64,000 nt of DNA from a bacterium. Lineage in GTDB: Bacteria > UBA8248. The translations under genes were made by a program, and so were the position numbers. The notes beneath the pieces were generated by a model that was not told the DNA's origin, did not search any database, and saw only the letters and a list, made by a program, of their open reading frames with translations. Shown one piece after another: positions 58,131 through 64,000 of this stretch (within the stretch, counting starts at the first letter, position 1; every line of letters begins with the position of its first letter). The stretch spans positions 18,324 to 82,323 of the forward strand of contig OZ244906.1 in the NCBI GenBank assembly GCA_965221655.1, written 5' to 3'.

Positions 58131-59024
58131 CTATAGGGGCAGATCGTAAAAGCGTCTGGCGTTGTCGAACGAAACGCGGCGGATAGCTTCTTCGGCGAGT
58201 CCGGCGTTTCTCATGGCGCGCAGCGTTTTGGGCACCGAGAGGATGTCGATGGGCCGGTAGCCCAGATGGTCGGAGTTGAGCATGATGCGCTCGGCTCCGA
58301 AGGTGCGCACCCACGAGACGACCTGCTCGGGCCGTATGGGCCTCAGAGCACTGCCGATGCTGATGGCGCACATCGCGCGCGTGTGGCGGTGGATGTACTC
58401 GATGGTCGTCTCGTCGGTATGGTCGGCGGCGACGCGGCTTTCGTCAAAACCCGCCCGCGCGAGGGCTTCGAGGTCCTTTTGCAGATAGTGGAGGCGAATG
58501 CGCTCGGGGGGAACGTCCTCCTGCACGGCGACTTTCCCCAAAAAATCCTTGCTCTTCTTGGGCGTGGGCGTGTGGAGGATAATGGGCTTGCCGTATTTTT
58601 GGGCGATGCGCGCCTGGGCTTCCAGACAGGCGGTTTGCTCCTCCATCGGCCAGGTGAGCGAGAAATACTGGGTGGGGTCGAGGCCGACCTCGCCCAGGGC
58701 GACGACGCGGGGGTCTTCGAGAAAGGCGGGCAACTCCTTGAGCAGCCGCTCCCAGTCGTGCACGCGCGTCATCGAGCTGATGCCGACCGCGCAGCGGATG
58801 CGGATGAAGTGCTGCGCCTCGAAGGCCTCCGCCATGGCGACGGGCCCCTCCCAGAAGCGCATGACGTCGTCGAACCCCGGTGCCTCTTCCCACACCTCCC
58901 GGTAGAGGTGGGGGTTGCCGCAGGAGAGCACCGCCGCACGCATCCCCGTCGTGGAGAGCAACTCCCAGTCGTCCCAGCTCAGGGCGTGGATGTGGTTGTG
59001 GCTGTCGATGTATTCGCCGAACAT
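58131..59024 (-). CDS. TatD-like amidohydrolase-fold metallohydrolase
   Basis: IDSHNH, ALGEVGLD, ILHTP, ADH and LNSD. Confidence 0.82.
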   Translation of the reverse strand: MFGEYIDSHNHIHALSWDDWELLSTTGMRAAVLSCGNPHLYREVWEEAPGFDDVMRFWEGPVAMAEAFEAQHFIRIRCAVGISSMTRVHDWERLLKELPAFLEDPRVVALGEVGLDPTQYFSLTWPMEEQTACLEAQARIAQKYGKPIILHTPTPKKSKDFLGKVAVQEDVPPERIRLHYLQKDLEALARAGFDESRVAADHTDETTIEYIHRHTRAMCAISIGSALRPIRPEQVVSWVRTFGAERIMLNSDHLGYRPIDILSVPKTLRAMRNAGLAEEAIRRVSFDNARRFYDLPL

Positions 59025-59088
59025 CGAACCTCTCCGAGGGAGGGGGGCTTGCGTGCTGCGGGTGGGTGCGGGGTGCGTCGCCCGCAAC

Positions 59089-59164
59089 TGGTGCGCGTGG
59101 CAGGAGTCGAACCTGCGACTTCCTGCTCCGGAGGCAGGCGCTCTATCCTCTGAGCTACACGCGC
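59089..59164 (-). tRNA. tRNA-Arg (CCG)
   Basis: Minus strand GCGCGTGTAGCTCAG...CCTGC-CTCCGGA-GCAGG...GGTTCGACTCC...CACGCGCACCA. Confidence 0.96.
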
Positions 59165-59192
59165 ACGAGAAGAGTCCGGCTTTTCGCTGTTC

Positions 59193-59432
59193 CTAGAAGA
59201 ACGAATGGCTGCCGTCGCACATGGGCGCGTTGCCGGTGCGCTTGCAGCCGCAAAATGCGTAGGTTTTGTTCGCCTGGACGTCCAGAACGATGGGGCGAAA
59301 CTCCGTGCCCCGGTGCGAACCGTCGCAAAAGGGCTGGGAGGCGCTTTGTCCGCACGCGCACCAGGCGACTTTCTCGTCTTTTTCGGATTTGTGGATGTAG
59401 GGTGATTTCTGGGCCATGTGGGGTTCGGCCAT
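59193..59432 (-). CDS. CDGSH iron-sulfur (NEET, MiNT/CISD3-type) protein
   Basis: Two motifs: CACGQSASQPFCDGSH and CGCKRTGNAPMCDGSH. Confidence 0.9.
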   Translation of the reverse strand: MAEPHMAQKSPYIHKSEKDEKVAWCACGQSASQPFCDGSHRGTEFRPIVLDVQANKTYAFCGCKRTGNAPMCDGSHSFF

Positions 59433-59552
59433 TCGTCCGGTCTCCTCGTCTGGTGGTCGGAGCGGGTTTCGTTCCGCTATTGTATGTGGAATCGCCGCTC
59501 TTGGGAAGGAGCACGGGAGCGGCCCGCTCCCGAGAAGGCGGAGGCCGGTTCC

Positions 59553-60185
59553 ATGTCCACGCCCGCGCGCTTGCTGCGCACGCTCGAGAAGACTTACCCC
59601 GACGCGCGTTGCGCGCTCGACTACCGCAATCCACTCGAACTGCTGGTGGCGACCATGCTCTCCGCCCAGTGCACGGACAAGCGGGTGAACCAGGTGACGC
59701 CTGCGCTTTTCGCCCGCTATCCGGATGCTGCCGCCTTCGCCGGTGCCGAGCCCGCCGAGCTCGAGAGCCTCATTCGCTCCTGCGGCTACTACCGCCAGAA
59801 GGCGAAGTCCATACGCGCGTGCTGCGAACTGATAGTGGAAGAACATGGGGGCGCGGTGCCCGACGCTCTGGATGCGCTGACGCGCCTGCCCGGCGTGGGG
59901 CGCAAGACGGCCAACGTCGTTCTGAACGAAGCCTTCGGCAGACCGGCCATCGCCGTGGACACGCACGTTCTGCGCACGAGTGCGCGGCTGGGGTGGATAT
60001 CCACCAGGGATCCGGTAAAGGCCGAATTCCTCCTCATGGAGCTGGTGCCCGAGAAATGGTGGGGCCGCGTGACGCTGCTGCTCATCCAGCACGGCAGAAA
60101 CTGCTGTTCCGCGCGCAGGCCGCTTTGCGGGGATTGCCCCCTTTTGGCAGATTGCCCCCACGGCCAGGAGGCGTTGCGCGCGTGA
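59553..60185 (+). CDS. nth: Endonuclease III
   Basis: [28 protein letters not shown] and C-x6-C-x2-C-x5-C cluster. Confidence 0.95.
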   Translation: MSTPARLLRTLEKTYPDARCALDYRNPLELLVATMLSAQCTDKRVNQVTPALFARYPDAAAFAGAEPAELESLIRSCGYYRQKAKSIRACCELIVEEHGGAVPDALDALTRLPGVGRKTANVVLNEAFGRPAIAVDTHVLRTSARLGWISTRDPVKAEFLLMELVPEKWWGRVTLLLIQHGRNCCSARRPLCGDCPLLADCPHGQEALRA

Positions 60186-60197
60186 GGCGTGGCCGAC

Positions 60198-60227
60198 TGG
60201 ACAAGGGAATCGTCGTGTTTCTATAAT
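60198..60227 (+). promoter_or_regulatory. Putative sigma70 promoter
   Basis: TGGACA-18 nt-TATAAT upstream of the GGAGG RBS of the 60274 gene. Confidence 0.5.
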
Positions 60228-60273
60228 CGCAGGTAAGCAATTCGTCCACGGACACGCAACCTGGAGGTCACCC

Positions 60274-61272
60274 ATGGCCCATAGCCCGGCCGTCGGCACC
60301 GACACCATTCTCGACATCAGGGACCTGCACACCTACTTCCACACGCCGGAGGGCACCGTGCGCGCCGTGGACGGCGTGAGCTACAGCCTGAAGGCCGGCG
60401 AGACGCTGGGCGTCGTTGGCGAGTCGGGGTGCGGCAAAACGGTGACGGCTCTCTCGGTGCTGCGTCTCATACCCGAGCCGCCGGGCGAGATATTCGGCGG
60501 GGGCATCTTCTTCGAGGGCAAGGACCTCACCAAGCTCGGCCAGAGGGAGTTGCGCGAGATTCGGGGCAACCACATCTCGATGATCTTTCAGGAACCCATG
60601 ACGAGCCTGAACCCCGTGTTCACGGTCGGCTTTCAGATTGCCGAGGCCGTCATGCTCCACCAGGGGCTCTCGAAGAAGGACGCGATGGACAAGGCCGCCG
60701 AGATGCTCGACCTGGTGGGCATCCCCCTGCCGCGTCAAAGGGTGCGGGAGTACCCCCACCAGCTTTCAGGCGGCATGCGCCAGCGCGCGATGATCGCCAT
60801 GGCCCTTTCGTGCAACCCGAAAATCCTCCTCGCCGACGAGCCCACCACGGCCCTGGACGTCACCATCCAGGCGCAGATTCTCGACCTGATGGTCAAGCTG
60901 CAAGAAGAGCTGGGCACGGCGGTCATCCTCATCACGCACGACCTGGGGTTGGTGGCCGAGACCTGCAAGCGCGTCGTCGTGATGTACGCGGGCAAGGTGG
61001 TGGAGGAGGCTTCTACGGAGGAGATTTTCGGCAATCCGCTCCACCCCTACACGCGGGGGCTGCTCAACTCGATTCCCAAGCTCAACGTCGAGAAGCCCGG
61101 CGCGCGGGTGCGGCTCGAGGAGATCAAGGGCATCGTGCCCAGCCTGAACCGCCTGCCGTCGGGGTGCAGCTTCAACCCCCGGTGTCCCGACGTGAAGGAT
61201 ATGTGCCGCCAGCACGAGCCCGAACTCAAAGAGGTATCCCCCGGGCACTTCGTCCGCTGCCTGCTCTACTAA
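60274..61272 (+). CDS. Oligopeptide/dipeptide ABC ATP-binding protein (DppD/OppD-like)
   Basis: [31 protein letters not shown] and C-terminal Cys domain. Confidence 0.93.
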   Translation: MAHSPAVGTDTILDIRDLHTYFHTPEGTVRAVDGVSYSLKAGETLGVVGESGCGKTVTALSVLRLIPEPPGEIFGGGIFFEGKDLTKLGQRELREIRGNHISMIFQEPMTSLNPVFTVGFQIAEAVMLHQGLSKKDAMDKAAEMLDLVGIPLPRQRVREYPHQLSGGMRQRAMIAMALSCNPKILLADEPTTALDVTIQAQILDLMVKLQEELGTAVILITHDLGLVAETCKRVVVMYAGKVVEEASTEEIFGNPLHPYTRGLLNSIPKLNVEKPGARVRLEEIKGIVPSLNRLPSGCSFNPRCPDVKDMCRQHEPELKEVSPGHFVRCLLY

Positions 61273-61478
61273 GAGTGCATCCGTCCGGAAGCCCATTCTC
61301 TCCCTTGGTGGAGTAAATCTCGTTTTTGGGATATAGTCGCATCCCTGTAGCGGTTGTTCGCACTGATTGATCAGAACCCGAATCCGTATGCGCGCACCCG
61401 AAGTCGGCGCGGGGGGTTGCCCCGGTCTGCGTCCTTCGGGAGCGCGGCGCCTGCAAAGGTAAGAAAGGAAACGCATTC

Positions 61479-62624
61479 ATGGCTCCGATTCGCATCGCCA
61501 TCGCCGGCGTCGGGAACTGCGCGAGTTCCCTGCTCCAGGGCATCGAGTATTATCGCCACCACCCCGACGAGGAGTCGGGCCTCATGCACCGCGACCTGGG
61601 CGGCTACGGACCTGAGGACGTGCAAGTCGCGGCGGCGTTCGACATCGACGTCCGCAAGGTGGGGCGTCCGCTCCAGGAGGCCGCCTTCGCCAGACCCAAC
61701 TGCACGAAGACGATTTGGGAAGACCTGCCCGACTACGGGGTGAACGTGCGCATGGGCCCGGTTCTGGACGGCGTGGCCTCCCATATGGCGGATTATCCTT
61801 CGGATCGTTCGTTTCTCCCCGCAGAGGCGGAGCCGTGCGACGTGGCGGCGGAGTTGCGCGAGAGCGGCGCGGAAATTCTCCTGAACTTCATGCCCGTGGG
61901 TTCGGAGCAGGCGGCGCGCCACTACGCCGAGGCGGCGCTTGCGGCGGGCGTCTCGTTCGTGAACTGCATGCCCGTTTTCATCGTTTCGGAGCCGGGCATG
62001 GCGGCGCGCTTCACCAAGGCGGGCATCCCCGCGGTGGGCGACGACGTAAAGGCCCAGCTCGGCGCCACCATTTTGCACCGCACGCTTGCCCGGCTGTGCG
62101 CGGACAGGGGCGTCAGGCTCAAGCGCACCTACCAGCTCAACACGGGGGGAAACACAGATTTTCTGAACATGCTGGAAACCTCGCGCCTCAAATCAAAGAA
62201 AATCTCGAAGACCGACGCCGTGCAGAGCCAGTTGCCCGAGCCCTTGGAAGCGGAGGACATCCACATCGGCCCCTCCGACTACGTGCCCTGGCAAAACGAC
62301 AATAAGGTGTGCTTCCTGCGCATAGAGGCCGAGGGCTTCGGCGGCGTGCCGATGGAGATCGAAGCGCGCCTCTCGGTCGAGGATTCACCGAATTCGGGCG
62401 GTGTCGTCATCGACGCCGTGCGCCTGGCGCGCATCGCGCGCGACAGGGGCGAGGCGGGGCCGCTCTATCCGGTGAGCGCCTATCTGATGAAGCACCCCCC
62501 CGTGCAGATGCCCGATTACGTTTCGCGCCAGATGATCGACGAATTCATCGCGGGCGATTTGCGCGCGAGCGATCTGGTCGAGTGGAACGGAAACGGCATG
62601 CCTGCCCGCTACGAGCACGAGTAG
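61479..62624 (+). CDS. ino1: myo-inositol-1-phosphate (inositol-3-phosphate) synthase
   Basis: GVGNCASSL.QG, GDDVKAQLGATI, QLNTGGNTDFLNM, SKKISKT and DSPNSGG. Confidence 0.92.
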   Translation: MAPIRIAIAGVGNCASSLLQGIEYYRHHPDEESGLMHRDLGGYGPEDVQVAAAFDIDVRKVGRPLQEAAFARPNCTKTIWEDLPDYGVNVRMGPVLDGVASHMADYPSDRSFLPAEAEPCDVAAELRESGAEILLNFMPVGSEQAARHYAEAALAAGVSFVNCMPVFIVSEPGMAARFTKAGIPAVGDDVKAQLGATILHRTLARLCADRGVRLKRTYQLNTGGNTDFLNMLETSRLKSKKISKTDAVQSQLPEPLEAEDIHIGPSDYVPWQNDNKVCFLRIEAEGFGGVPMEIEARLSVEDSPNSGGVVIDAVRLARIARDRGEAGPLYPVSAYLMKHPPVQMPDYVSRQMIDEFIAGDLRASDLVEWNGNGMPARYEHE

Positions 62625-62678
62625 GTCTGCACCGCGCGGCCGTTTTCTCCCTCGCGCGCTCCGGGCGAGAGGGTGCGG

Positions 62679-63089
62679 CTAGCCGCCGTCGTATGTCGCG
62701 CCCGCGCGCTCGGAGAGTTCGATGCGCACCCCCTCCGGCCCCCGCACAAAGGCCGTTGTCCTCCCGCCCATGCCCGCCGGCGCAGGCTCGCGAATGAACT
62801 CCGCACCCGCTTCTTTCAGTTCGGCGGAGAGGGCGTGCACGTCGTCCACGGCGAAGGAGAAGTGGTCCAGACCCATCACGGCGTCGGGGTGGTTCTCGCC
62901 GATGGACTCGCCCGGCCGCACCCCCCGCAGGAAGAGCCTGGCCTCGCCGACGCGCACGACGGCGTTGGGCGCACCGTGAAAGTTCTCCTCCCGGTAGACG
63001 ACCGCGCCCCCGAACATTTTTTCGAAATAGGCGACCATCGCCTCGAGGTCCTTGCAGATGAGGTGTGCGTGATCGAACGACAAGCGCAT
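62679..63089 (-). CDS. VOC/glyoxalase family protein
   Basis: FDHAH, GLDHFSFAVDD and FVRGPEGVRIEL. Confidence 0.87.
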   Translation of the reverse strand: MRLSFDHAHLICKDLEAMVAYFEKMFGGAVVYREENFHGAPNAVVRVGEARLFLRGVRPGESIGENHPDAVMGLDHFSFAVDDVHALSAELKEAGAEFIREPAPAGMGGRTTAFVRGPEGVRIELSERAGATYDGG

Positions 63090-63202
63090 GGGCGCCTCCT
63101 TTCGTGGTGGACGAGGGCGATTCTCCGGGTGCCAATGTCCCCCGCGCGGGGGCGTGCGGTCAATCGCGCGGGTGTGTAGAATCCCCGCAGAAGGAGGCGG
63201 CC

Positions 63203-64000
63203 ATGAGCGCGACTCCCCAACAAAGTCCGCCGCGCTGGAAGACGGGGCTGAGGCGTCTCGCCCCGGGCGTTTACGCCTACGTGCAAGGCGGCGGGCTGAA
63301 CGTCTCGAACGCAGGCCTCGTCGTCGGTGCGGCGGACGCGCTCGTCATCGACGCCCTCTACGTGCGCTCGATGACGCGCGCCTTTCAGTGCGCCATCGCC
63401 CGGGCGACGCGCAAGCCGGTGGGCAGAATCGTCTGCACCCACCACCACGCGGATCACACCCTGGGGCTGGCCTGGTTCGAGAGGGAGGTGCCCGTCATCG
63501 CGCACCGCCACATGCGCGAGAGAATGCGCGAGACGGGGCTCGACCTCGCCCACTACCGCAGCGTGAACCCCGAATACGCCGCCGAACTGAGAGGCCTCAG
63601 GCAGCGACTTCCCGACGTTACCTATGAGCGGAAGATGACGCTGCACCTCGGCCGCCGCGTCGTGGAGCTCCACCACCTCGGGCACGCGCACTCAAAGGGC
63701 GACACCATCGTCTACCTGCCCGCGGAGGAAATTCTCTTCACGGGCGACGTGTGCTTTCACCTCGTAACGCCCGCCACCTTCGACGCCCACGTAGGCGGGT
63801 GGATACGGATTGCGGAGAAGATTTTGCAGACTTTTTCGATACGCGCCCTCGTTCCCGGCCACGGGCCGCCGGGGGACGCGGACGCCCTGCGGGCCACCCT
63901 GGGGTATTTGCGCCTCGTGCGCAGAGAGGCGCGAAAGCGCTTCGACGCAGGCACCCCCGCCCGCAGAGCCGCGCGGGAAATTCCGCTGGGCCGCTACGCG
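63203..64000 (+). CDS. MBL-fold metallohydrolase, truncated by the window edge (absent from the ORF track)
   Basis: AGGAGG RBS; translation gives SNAGLVVG, VIDAL, THHHADH, AHSKGD, FTGD and VPGHG; no stop before the end of the window. Confidence 0.88.
   Translation, partial: MSATPQQSPPRWKTGLRRLAPGVYAYVQGGGLNVSNAGLVVGAADALVIDALYVRSMTRAFQCAIARATRKPVGRIVCTHHHADHTLGLAWFEREVPVIAHRHMRERMRETGLDLAHYRSVNPEYAAELRGLRQRLPDVTYERKMTLHLGRRVVELHHLGHAHSKGDTIVYLPAEEILFTGDVCFHLVTPATFDAHVGGWIRIAEKILQTFSIRALVPGHGPPGDADALRATLGYLRLVRREARKRFDAGTPARRAAREIPLGRYA

Noticed and set aside
61273-61478. Possible structured RNA upstream of ino1
   Set aside because: Some GC pairing potential, but no riboswitch or ncRNA consensus that I can recognise; an Rfam/Infernal scan would be needed.
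1-64000. CRISPR arrays, IS elements, integrases, prophage or rRNA
   Set aside because: No regularly spaced repeats, transposase/integrase motifs or rRNA-like sequence were seen by eye.

Overview
GC-rich bacterial chromosomal window, densely coding, with about 60 real genes; most of the supplied ORFs are shadow frames. Contents in order: (i) tRNA-Ala(GGC) followed by a lower-GC lipoprotein gene. (ii) A ~27 kb catabolic region (4.2-31.3 kb) with three luciferase-like (LLM) oxidoreductases, two UbiD-family enzymes, TRAP/TAXI and Liv-type ABC transporters, a LysR regulator, a two-subunit CoA-transferase, M20/M24 hydrolases, a cysteine-synthase-like PLP enzyme, a three-subunit xanthine-dehydrogenase-family molybdoenzyme and an SdhA/NadB-like flavoprotein. 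(iii) Inside that region, a probable selenoprotein that the ORF track splits in two: a tandem AhpD/CMD-domain protein (25101-25898) with an in-frame TGA in a C-E-Y-U motif, followed immediately by a strong bacterial SECIS-like hairpin. (iv) A cobalamin-riboswitch-controlled btuB/F/C/D-tonB operon, interrupted by a lower-GC ~4.8 kb cassette (MpaB/Lcp-like oxygenase, ankyrin-containing acyltransferase, atypical P450) flanked by a ~236 bp imperfect direct repeat. (v) Tandem CocE/NonD hydrolases, two paralogs of an uncharacterised WSDGLPVV-motif family, tRNA-Arg(CCG), nth, an inositol-3-phosphate synthase and a truncated MBL-fold gene at the right edge. All family calls come from motif recognition by eye; no database searches were run.
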